DNA from: Malacoraja senta | Lineage: Eukaryota | Direction: 5' to 3' | Assembly (NCBI GenBank): GCA_038087875.1 | Contig: CM075980.1 | Location: 18,414,001-18,478,000 of the forward strand | Length of the DNA stretch: 64,000 nt | Shown: one piece after another, positions 52,723-64,000 of the stretch | How the letters are laid out: every line of letters begins with the position of its first letter | Numbering within the stretch: the stretch's first letter is position 1 | Notes under the pieces: generated by a model | Told to the model about the DNA's origin: nothing | Seen by the model: only the letters and a program-made list of their open reading frames with translations | Databases searched by the model: none | Made by a program: the position numbers and the translations under genes

Positions 52723-53283
52723 ATGTTCCACATCGACATTGGTCACCGTTGATCATATTTGGTATTAAGGCATCACCAGCAATGACAGGATGGTTCAGCG
52801 CTTTGACTTCATCCTAAACATGGCTGATCATTTTACAAGGTTTCAGGGTATGTGTAAAAATAGGCAACTATGCAGGGACTGGTGAAACCATCAACAAAAT
52901 TAATTTACAGGAACAGAAGCTTCCAAAATCAATGATTGATTGGAGTTGTCAAGAATTAGGTATTAAAATTGTCATTTTCCATTCGATCCCTGAAACAACG
53001 TGTGGCCAGTTGGATTGGATGATGAATAATACGATTTTTATTCTTGAAGAGGAAACCCATATATATAGACCAGTAAATGTGACTCCAGTGGTGTGATCTA
53101 ATTGGCAATGGTCCACGCATCATGTCAGAATGGGTCTGGCAGGATTGGCCCCATGTGCAGTGAGGCTGTATAAACACTGGGTTCATTTGATTAAAGTAAC
53201 AAACAATCTCCCCCATTTCACATCAAGGAATTACAACAGAAATGAACGGTAAATACCTTTATTATTGTTAAGAATATAAGTTA

Positions 53284-56200
53284 GGAGTTAAAGAAAAGGA
53301 CAGCAAAGGTAACAATCTCGGGATTACTGCCTGTGCCACGCGACAGTGAGAGTAGGAATGGAGCGAGGTGGAGGATAAATGCGTGGCTGAAGGACTGGTG
53401 CAGAAGGTGCAAATTTCTGGATCATTGGGACCTCTTTTGTGGAAGGTGCGACCTGTACAAAAAGGATGGGTTGCACTTGAACCTGAGGGGGACCGATATC
53501 CTGGCGGGGAAATCTGCAAAGGCTACTGGGGAGACTAAACTAGAATGGTTGGGGGGAGGGACTCAAATAGAGAAAGCTATTAGACAGTGTGTGAGGCAGG
53601 AGGCAGAGAAGGAAAGCACTCAGACACAACATGTAGGGGGGAAAGAAGAAAACAATAATAAACAGAATAAGAGGTGGTGGGGTTCTTAAATGGGTGAGCA
53701 GAGAAACAGAGAAGTGTAAAATGCGGGCGGAAGCAATAGGTAGCAAAGTGAAAAGTAAAAGTGGCTGGCAGACAAATCCAGGGCAAAAATCAAAAAGGGC
53801 CACTTTTCAACATAATTGCATAAGGGGTAAGAGCGTTGTAAAAACAAGCCTGAAGGCTTTGTGTCTCAATGCAAGGAGCATTCGTAATAAGGTGGATGAG
53901 TTGAACGTGCAGATAGCTATTAATGATTATGATATAGTTGGGATCACGGAGACATGGCTCCAGGGTGACCAAGGCTGGGAGCTGAACATCCAGGGATATT
54001 CAATATTCAGGAGGGATAGAGAGAAAGGAAAAGGAGGTGGGGTAGCGTTGCTGGTTAGAGAGGAGATTAACGCAGTGGAAAGGAAGGACATTAGCTTGGA
54101 GGATGTGGAATCAGTATGGGTAGAGCTGCGAAACACTAAGGGGCAGAAAACGCTGGTGGGTGTTGTGTACAGGCCACCTAGCAGTAGTAGTGAAGTTGGG
54201 GATGGCATCAAACAGGAAATTAGAAATGCGTGCAACAAAGGCAAAACAGTTATAATGGGTGACTTCAATCTACATATACATTGGGTGAATCAAATTGGCA
54301 GGGGTGCTGAGGAAGAGGATTTCTTGGAATGTATGCGGGATAGTTATCCAAACCAACATGTAGAGGAACCAACGAGAGAGCAGGCTATTCTAGACTGGGT
54401 ATTGAGTAATGAGGAAGGGTTAGTTAGCAGTCTTGTTGTGCGTGCCCCCTTGGGCAAGAGTGACCATAATATGGTTGAGTTCTTCATTAGGATGGAGAGT
54501 GACATTGTTAATTCAGAAACAACGGTTCTGAACTTAAAGAAAGGTAACTTTGAGGGTATGAGATGTGAATTGGCCAAGATTGACTGGCAATTAGTTCTAA
54601 AAGGGTTGACGGTGGATATGCAATGGAAGGCATTTAAAGACTGCATGGATGAACTACAAAAATTGTTCATCCCAGTTTCACAAAAGAATAAATCAGGGAA
54701 GGTAGTGCATCCGTGGATAACAAGGGAAATCGGGATAGTATCAAAGTAAAAGATGATGCGTACAAATTAGCCAGAAAAAGCAGCATACCAGAGGACTGGG
54801 AGAAATTCAGAGACCAGCAGAGGAGGACAAAGGGCTTAATTAGGAAAGGGAAATAGATTATGAAAGTGGCAGGGAACATAAAAACTGACTGCAAAAGGTG
54901 TTATAGATATGTGAAGAGAAAGAGATTAGTTAAAACAAATGTAGGTCCCTTGTAGTCAGAAACAGGTGAATTGATCATGGGGAACAAGGATATGGCGGAA
55001 CAATTGAATAACTACTTTGGTTCCGTCTTCACTAAGGAAGACATAAATAATCTGCCGGAAATAGCAGGGGGCCGCTGGTCAAAGGAGATGGAGGAACTGA
55101 GTGAAATCCAGGTTAGTCGGGAAGTGGTGTTGGGTAAATTGAATGGATTAAAGGCCGATAAATCACCAGGGCCAGATAGGCTGCATCCCAGAGTACTTAA
55201 GGAAGTAGCTCCAGAAATAATGGATGCATTAGTGATAATTTTTCAAAACTTTAGATTCTGGAGTAGTTCCTGAGGATTGGAGGGTAGCAAATGTAACCCC
55301 ACTTTTTAAGAAGGGAGGGAGAGAGAAAACGGGGAATTACAGACCAGTTAGTCTAACATCGGTAGTGGGGAAACTGCTAGAGTCACTTATTAAAGATGGG
55401 ATAGCAGCACATTTGGAAAGTGGTGAAATCATTGGACAAAGTCAGCATGGATTTACGAAAGGTAAATCGTGTCTGACGAACCTTATAGAATTTTTCGAGG
55501 ATGTAACTAGTAGAGTGGATAGGGGAGAACCAGTGGATGTGTTGTATCTGGACTTTCAGAAGGCTTTCGACAAGGTACCACATAAGAGATTAGTATACAA
55601 ACTTAAAGCACACGGTATTGAGGGTTCAGTATTGATGTGCATAGAGAACTGGCTGGCAAACAGGAAGCAAAGAGTAGGAGTAAACGGGTCCTTTTCACAA
55701 TGGCAGGCAGTGACTAGTGGGGGTACCGCAAGGCTCAGTGCTGGGACCCCAGCTATTTACAATTTATATTAATGAACTGGATGAGGGAATTGAAGGCAAC
55801 ATCTCCAAGTTTGCTGATGACACTAAGCTGGGGAGCAGTGTTAGCTGTCAGGAGGATGCTAGGAGACTGCAAGGTGACTTGGATAGGCTGGGGGAGTGGG
55901 CAAATGTTTGGCAGATGCAGTATAATGTGGATAAATGTGAGGTTATCCACTTTGGTGCAAAAACAGGAAAGCAGACTATTATCTAAATGGTGGCCGATTA
56001 GGAAATGGGGAGATGCAGCGAGACCTGGGTGGCATGGTACACCAGTCATTGAAAGCAGGCATGCAGGTGCAGCAGGCAGTGAAGAAAGCGAATGGTATGT
56101 TAGCTTTCATAGCAAAAGGATTTGAGTATAGGAGCAGGGAGGTTCTACTGCAGTTGTACAGGGTCTTGGTGAGACCACACCTGGAGTATTGCGTTCAGTT

Positions 56201-56747
56201 TTGGTCTCCAAATCTGAGGAAGGACATTATAGCCATAGAGGGAGTGCAGAGAAGGTTCACCAGACTGATTCCTGGGATGTCAGGACTTTCATATGAAGAA
56301 AGACTGGATATACTTGGCTTATACACGCTAGAATTTAGAAGATTGAGAGGGGATCTTATAGAAACGTACAAAATTCTTATGGGGTTGGACAGGCTAGATG
56401 CAGGAAGATTGTTCCCGATGTTGGGGAAGTCCAGGACAAGGGGTCACAGCTTAAGGATAAGGGGGAAATCCATTAAGACCGAGATGAGGAAAAACTTTTT
56501 CACACAGAGAGTGGTGAATCTCTGGAACTCTCTGCCACAGAGGGTAGTTGAGGCCAGTTCATTGGCTATATTTAAGAGGGAGTTAGATGTGGCCCTTGTG
56601 GCTAAGGGGATCAGGGGGTATGGAGAGAAGGCAGGTACGGGATACTGAGTTGGATGATCAGCCATGATCATATTGAATGGCGGTGCAGGCTCGAAGGGCC
56701 GAATGGCCTACTCCTGCACCTATTTTCTATGTATCTATGTATGTATC
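53284..56747 (+). mobile_element. CR1/HER1-type LINE, near-identical to 39291-42768
   Basis: Same ORF1 end, endonuclease, RT and tail; probable TSD TAAGTTA. Confidence 0.97.
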
Positions 56748-59700
56748 TAAGTTAATACTATAATATTATTATTCAAAAAAAAGTAGAAAATTAAAAATAT
56801 AGCAGCTAAAAATTAAAACATTGAGGTCTGAAGAAGGGTCTTGACCCGAAACATCGCCTATTTCCTTTTCTCCATAGATGCTGACTCACCCGCTGAGTTT
56901 CTCCTGCATTTTTGTCTCCCTTCGATTTTTCCAGCATCTGCAGTTCTTTCTTAAACAGCCAAACTAAAAGATGTTTGCTCTCTCATCTTCTTCTCCATTG
57001 ATCAACTTCTCTCTCGTTTATTTATCAAAGTAATGTAGCCAGGTCTACAGGTGCTGAATCCAATTGCAATACATTGCAACCGGATACTTTGCTTCACTGT
57101 TCCTTTGAGCACTGATATCTGCTGTCGTGGGTCAGTACAAGATGGCGGGATTCGGTTTTGGATGCTCAAACGTGGTGGTGCTTTTATCTATTGGCCTTGA
57201 AAGTGGAGCGCTGTCGATGCTGCTCTCCCCGATTGTTGGTGCTTTTGTGTCGGTCACTGTCCCTGCTTCCTGGGCTGCAGCGTTGCCTCGGCGGCACGTT
57301 CTTTGGCTTCTCTCATCTCCAACAGTTCAATAATTGAATAGCATACACCAAATGACAGAGAGCCATTCTCAGGCTGACTGCCATTGGCTTGGATGGTCCT
57401 GCCACCTCCTGAGACATTTTTGCATCGTCTCCAACAGAAGTCCACCTTGCACTGATCAATATGGAGACAATTTCCCATGTTGAAATTTTTGGAATTCACG
57501 ACCAAAGCATGGTGTGGAGACCCATCACCGAGTATATTTAAGTGATTAATCAATGTTGGAATCGTATGAAATCGACACCAGAAAGAGGCATTGGTGGGGA
57601 AGATCAGGCACATTAAATGGTAAGGTACACAAAAATGCTGGAGAAATTCAGCGAGTGCAGCAGCATCTATGGAGCGAAGGAGATAGGCAACGTTTCGGGC
57701 CGAAACCCTTCAAATGTAAAGCAGACATAATGGGCTTAATCTGTATTCCTGATTGTACTACTTATGTTCAAATTACCAGCATTCCAACTTGGTGGCATAA
57801 AATGGGAGCAGACAATCATAGGATCTATAAAGTTGCTCTGGTTGCTGTGGGTTTAGAGGCATGGAATAAGGCTCCAATACTGATCGTCGTCCCTGGGTAG
57901 TGAAGTGAAAAGGTTCCCCTGAGAACAGTGTGAATCTGTCGGAGATTCTGCCAGGAGTTACTCCAGTGGTAATGTCAGCGATGCCCCCAGACTTCAGACC
58001 ACAGGTTATGTCTGAGACTCCAGGAAAGAAATTGATCCTTCACAATCTACAATCTTCTGAAATCCCAATCCCTCCCTTACAAACCTGCTTTAATCCAGTA
58101 AAACCCCATAAGGTGGTGAAAATATGTGTCCCTGCCTCCACTTCCTGCTCAGGCAGTCACTCTCACACCTATAGATTTTTATCTCAGACCCAACTGGATG
58201 GAAGACTACCAAACAATGGGAAGAGTATGGGCAGCTGGAGATAACTCAATGTCATCAACATTGAATTTTCCAATTTCAGATAATCCTCATCTCCTGTTCC
58301 TCATTCTCTCTCTCCCTCCCTCTCTCTCTCTCATTCCTATCATCCTCCATTCCTCCCATGTTAGCTCCCATCTTGCTATCTCAGATTCTGCCCATCAGAG
58401 CACATTTTTCATCCTCGTTTCTCCCTTGCTGGTTCCACCCATCTGCTACACATACATTGCACCCACCAGGTCCCATCCCCCATCTTCCCTTCAACTATCT
58501 CCTTGTTCCATTATGACCTTGCTTATTTATCAGGTTCCAGCACCGGTGGTCTTTGTGTCTGCGCTTGTCAACCTCCAACATCTGCATCAACCTTCACTCT
58601 CCCTTCCCCGCACCTGGCTCCATCTCCCTTTTTCGTCCTTGTCTGATTCCATCATTCACCCAATCAGCCCATCATCTTTCACCACTCCTTGGTCCACCTA
58701 TCAACCACGACACCCTGTCTCATCTCTTCCCTCATCTTTATTTTGGCAATCTTCCCTCTTCACTCAGTCCCGATGCAAGGACTTGCCCGATAACACTGAC
58801 AATTCCTCCCGCGCCATCTCTACCCAACAGATGCTGCTCGACACGCTGAATGTCTGCAGCAGAATGTTTTTGTTCCAGTTTGCAGTCTGTGTGAATCTGT
58901 GTTTAAACACCTTGAACATGTTTAAAATTCAACTTTGGTATTAAGGCAGCACCAGCAATGACAGGATGGTGACAGGATGGTCCAGGGCTTTGTCTTATTC
59001 CTAAACATGGCTGATCATTTTACAGCAGTACAGGGCATGTGAAAAATAAGCAACTAAGCAGGGTCTGGTTAAACTGCAAACAAAATGAATTTACAGGAAC
59101 AGAAGCTTCGAAACACTGATTGGAGTTGTCAGGATTTAAGTATTAAAATTGTCAGTTTACATCTGCCTCTAATAATGTGTGGCAAGTGTATTGCATGATG
59201 AAGAATATAATTTCTATACTTGACAAGGAAACCCAAATATATAGACCAGTAAATGTGACTCCAGTGGTGTAATCTAATTGACAATGGTCCACGCAGCATG
59301 TCAGAATGGGTCTGCCAGGATGGCCCAATGTACAGTGAGGCTGTACTAACACTGGGTTCATTTGTTTAAAGGACCAAACAAACTCCCCCCTTTCACATCA
59401 AGAAATTACAACTGAAAGTAACAGTAACTACTTTTATTATTGTTAAAAGTACAAGTTACGACTTTTACTATTACTATAACTGCTATTCAATAAAAAGTAA
59501 AAAATTAATACACATTGGCTGCCAAACTCAAAGAGTTTTGCACTCTGTTTCTCCATTGTCCTGCGCCTCTCTCGCTTATATATCGAAGAAATAATAGCCA
59601 CGTCTCCAGGTGCTGAATCCAATTGCGACACATTTCAACCGGATACTGTGCTTCACTGTTCCTTTGAGCTCTGATGTCTGCTTTGTCGTGGGTCAGTAGA

Positions 59701-60549
59701 AGATGGCGAGATTCGGTTTTGGATGCTCAAATGTGGTGGTGCTTTCATCTATTGGCCTTGAAAGTGGAGCGCAGTCGATGCTGCTCTCGCCGATTGTTGG
59801 TGTTTTTGTGTCGGTCACTGTCTCTGCCAGTTGCTCCACGATGTCACGTTGCATCCTGGGCTGCAGCATTGCCCCGGCAGAACATTCTTAGGCTTCTCTC
59901 ATCTCCAACAGTTCAGCGATTGAATAGTATACACCAAATGACAGAGAGCCATTCTCAAGCTGACCCTCTACCATTGGCTTGGATGGTCCTGCCATCTCCT
60001 GAGGCATTTTTGCGTCGTCTCCAACTGTTGTGTTTTCTCCACTCTCCATTGCTGGATTGCTGCTGCTGGAGTGGTGTTGTGCTGTTCAATACTTGCACCC
60101 AGTACGATCTTCCCATCGTCAGCGAGTGCGGTTGCTTCACATTCACAGCCGTCATCAGGTGCTCAAGCCAAGAGGAGAAAATCATCCCCGCTGTTTAGTG
60201 ACACACAGCAGAGATGGAGCTGTGTCTGAATGCAGGATCTTCAGCTGTTGCTGCTATTTATTGGTAGGGGAACAATTCCATTGTGATGAAGTTTCACATC
60301 GACATTGGTCACCGTTGATCATATTTGGTATTAAGGCATCACCATCAATGACAGGATGGTTCTGGGCTTTGACTTCATCTTAAACATGGCTGATCATTTT
60401 ACAAGTTTTCAGGGTGTGTGAAAAATAGGCAACTATGCAGGGACTGGTGAAACCAGAAACAAAATGAATTTACAGGAACAGAAGCTTCCAAAATCAATGA
60501 TTGATTGGAGTTGTCAAGAATTAGGTATTAAAATTGTCATTTTCCATCC

Positions 60550-63163
60550 ATATAACCATTTAACCATATAACCATTACAGCACAGAAACAGGCCATCTCG
60601 GCCCTTCAAGTCCGTGCCGAACATTAAAAAAAAAAATAATAATAATAATAAATAAAAAAATACTTCCCACTAGTCCCATGTACCTGCACTCAGACCATAA
60701 CCCTCCATTCCTTTCCCGTACATATACCCATCCAATCTATTTTTAAAGGATAAATTCGAACCAGCCTCCACCACTTCCACCGGAAGCTCATTCCACACAG
60801 CTACCACTCTCTGAGTAAAGAAGTTCCCCCTAATGTTACCCCTAAACTTCTGTCCCTTAATTCTCAAGTCATGTCCCCTTGTTTGAATCTTCCCTACTCT
60901 CAATGGAAAAAGCTTATCCACGTCAACTCTGTCTAACCCGCTCATAATTTTAAAGACCTCTATCAAGTCCCCTCTTAACCTTCTGTGCTCCAAAGAATAA
61001 AGACCTAACTTGTTCAACCTTACTCTGTAACTTAGTTGCTGAAACCCAGGCAACATTCTAGTAAATCTCCTCTGTACTCTCTATTTTGTTGACATCCTTC
61101 CTATAATTAAGCGACCAAAATTGTACTCCATACTCCAGAATTGGCCTCACCAATGCCTTGTACAATTTTAACATTACATCCCAACTTCTATATTCAATGC
61201 TCTGATTTATAAAGGCCAGCACACCAAAAGCTTTCTTTACCACCCTATCTACATGAGATTCCACCTTCAGGGAACTATGCACAGTTATTCCTAGATCCCT
61301 CTGTTCAACTGCATTCCTCAATTCTTTACCATTTACCATGTACGTCCTATTTTGATTTGTCCTGCCGAGATGTAGTACCTCACATTTATCAGCATTAAAC
61401 TCCATCTGCCATCTTTCAGCCCACTCTTCCAAATGGCCTAAATCTATCTGTAGACTTTGAAAATCTATTTCATTATCCACCACACCACCTATCCTAGTAT
61501 CATCTGCATACTTACTAATCCAATTTTCCACACCATCATCCAGATCATTGATGTACATGACAAACAACAGTGGACCCAACACAGACCCCTGAGGCACCCC
61601 ACTAGTCACCGGCCTCCAACCTGACAAACAGCCATCCACCATTACTCTCTGGCATCTCCCATTCAGCCACTGTTGAATCCATCTTTCTACTCCACCATTA
61701 ATACCCAACAATGTAATCTTCTTAACCAACCTTCCATGAGGAACCTTGTCAAAGGCCTTACTGAAGTCCACATAGACAACATCCACTGCTTTACCCTCAT
61801 CAATTTCCCTAGCAACCTCTTCGAAAAATTCTAGAAGATTAGTCAAACATGACCTTCCAGGCACAAATCCATGTTGACTGCTCCTAATCAGACCCTGCTT
61901 ATCCAGATGCTTATATATATTATCTTTAAGTATCCTTTCCATTAATTTGCCCACCACTGACGTCAAACTAACAGGTCTATAATTGCTAGGTTTACTCTTA
62001 GAACCCTTTTTAAACAACGGAACAACATGCGCAGTACGCCAATCCTCCGGCACTATTCCCGTTTCTAATGACATTTGAAATATTTCTGTCATAGCCCCTG
62101 CTATTTCTGCACTAACTTCCCTCAATGTCCTCGGGAATATCCTGTCAGGACCTGGAGACTTATCCGTTTTCATCTTTTTCAAAAGTGTCCGCACCTCCTC
62201 TTCTTTGAATCTCAAAGTTTCCATTGCTACTCTGCTTGTTTCCCTTACCTCACATAATTCCATATCCTTCTCCTTGGTGAATACCGAAGAAAAGAAATTG
62301 TTCAGTATCTCCCCCATTTCTTTTGGCTCTGCAGATAGCTGTCCACTCTGACTCTCTAATGGACCAATTTTATTCCTTGTTATCCTTTTGCTATTAATAT
62401 AGCTGTTGAAACCCTTTGGATTTACTTTCACCTTACTTGCCAAAGCAACCTCATATCTTCTTTTAGCTTTTCTAATTTCTTTCTTAATATTCTTTTTACA
62501 TTATTTATACTCCTCAAGCACCTCATTTACTCCATGCTGCCTATAATTATTGTAGATCTCTCTCTTTTTCCGAACCGTGTCCAATTTCCCTTGAAAACCA
62601 TGGCTCTTTCCAATTTTTACTATTTCCTTTCAACCGAACAGGGACATAAAGATTCTGTACTCTTAAAATGTCACCTTTAAATGTCCTCCATTTCTCTTCT
62701 ACATCCTTCCCATAAAACAACATGTCCCAATTCACTCCTGTTAAATCCTTTCGCATCTCCTCAAAGTTAGCCTTTCTCCAATCAAAAATCTCAACCCTAG
62801 GTCCAGTTCTGACCCTCTCCATAATTATATTGAAACTAATGGTATTGTGATCACTGGACCCAAAGTGCTCCCCAACGCTTACCTCCGCCACCTGCCCTGT
62901 CTCATTTCCTAACAGGAGGTCCAGCACTGCCCCTTCTCTAGTAGGCACCTCTATGTATTGCTGCAAAAAACTATCCTGCACACATTTTACAAACTCCAAA
63001 CCATCCAGCCCTTTTACAGAATGTGTTTCCCAGTCTATGTGTGGAAAATTGAAATCTCCCACAATCACTACCTTGTGCTTACTACTAATATCTGCTATCT
63101 CCTTACATACTTGCTCTTCCAATTCTCGCTCCCCATTTGGCGGTCTATAATACACCCCTATAA
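60550..63163 (-). mobile_element. CR1-type LINE of a different subfamily, 5' truncated in the endonuclease
   Basis: YYRPP, VGDFN, SDH; RT with YADD; (TATATGGT)n-type tail; ATCC duplicated at both junctions inside array block A. Confidence 0.95.
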
Positions 63164-64000
63164 ATCCGATCCCTGAAACAACGTGTGGCCAGTTGGATTG
63201 GACAATGAATAATACGATTTTAATTCTTGAAGAAGAAACCCAAATATGTAGTAAATGTGACTCCAGTGGTGTGATCTAATTGGCAATGGTCCACGCATCA
63301 TGTCAGAATGGGTCTGGCAGGATGGCCCCATGTACAGTGAGGCAGTATAAACACTGGGATCATTCAATTAAAGTAACAAACAACCTCCCCCATTTCAAAT
63401 CAAGGAATTACAACAGAAATGTACGGTAATACATTTATTATTGGAAAGAATGTTAATATTAGTATTATTACTACCATTCGAAAAAAAGTAAAAAATTAAA
63501 ACATAGCAGCTAGAAATTAAAACATTGCAGTCTTGAAGAAGGTTCTCAACCCGAAACATCGCCCATCGCTTCGCTCCATAGATGCTGACTCACCCGCTGA
63601 GTTTCTCCAGCATTTTTTTCTCCCTTCAATTTTTCCAGCATCTGCAGTTCTTTCTTAAACAGCTAAACTAAAAGATGTTTGCACTCTCATCTTCTCCATT
63701 GATCAGCTTCTCTCTCGTTTATTTAACAAAGTAATGTAGCCAGGTCTCCAGGTGCTGAATCCAATTGCAATACATTGCAACCGGATACTGTGCTTCACTG
63801 TTCCTTTGAGCACTGATGTCTCCTTTGTCGTGGGTCAGTAGAAGATGGCGGGATTCGGTTTTCGATGCTCAAACGTGGTGGTGCTTTTATCTATTGGCCT
63901 TGAAAGTGGAGCGCAGTCGATGCTGCTCTCCCCGATTGTTGGTGCTTTTGTGTTGGTCACTGTCCCTGCCAGTTGCTCCACGATGTCACGTTGCTTCCTG

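Larger units (their letters stand above)
38990..64000. repeat. Higher-order tandem array, ~4.1 kb unit, about 3.5 units, interrupted by TEs, continuing past the right edge
   Basis: Recurring blocks. A: 43310, 44810, 47720, 52725, 58930, 60290+63164. B: 44030, 45830, 48290, 56955, 59520, 63660. C: 38990, 46225, 57435. D: 39220+42770, 47090, 58300. Confidence 0.9.

Noticed and set aside
58126-58944. 272 aa ORF across blocks C and D
   Set aside because: It lies in a pyrimidine-rich decayed Penelope tail that lacks stops by composition; the other copies are frameshifted.

Overview
AT-rich, repeat-dense eukaryotic genomic DNA. The repeat families (CR1/HER1-type LINEs, tRNA-head SINEs, Penelope derivatives, DIRS) suggest a cartilaginous fish, probably a skate or ray (inference). 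(1) 1-21.4 kb: the 5' half of a minus-strand, intron-rich gene for an ABCB-subfamily half-transporter with an extra N-terminal membrane domain (TMD0). I reconstructed six phase-compatible GT-AG coding exons (289 codons); the gene runs off the left edge. The likely promoter is a CpG island at about 21.0-21.4 kb, bracketed by two G-rich minisatellites. (2) 28.5-38.0 kb: two full-length, divergent DIRS1-type tyrosine-recombinase retrotransposons in tandem, 53 bp apart. Both empty sites reconstruct to the same 8-mer, TAATTACA. (3) 38.6-64 kb: a Helitron-like 3' end abutting an unexplained ~4.1 kb higher-order tandem array. Four CR1 LINEs and a young integrase-only LTR element inserted into the array afterwards. 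Many short Penelope-derived repeats across the window carry a minimal hammerhead-ribozyme core. All calls were made by eye, with no database searches.
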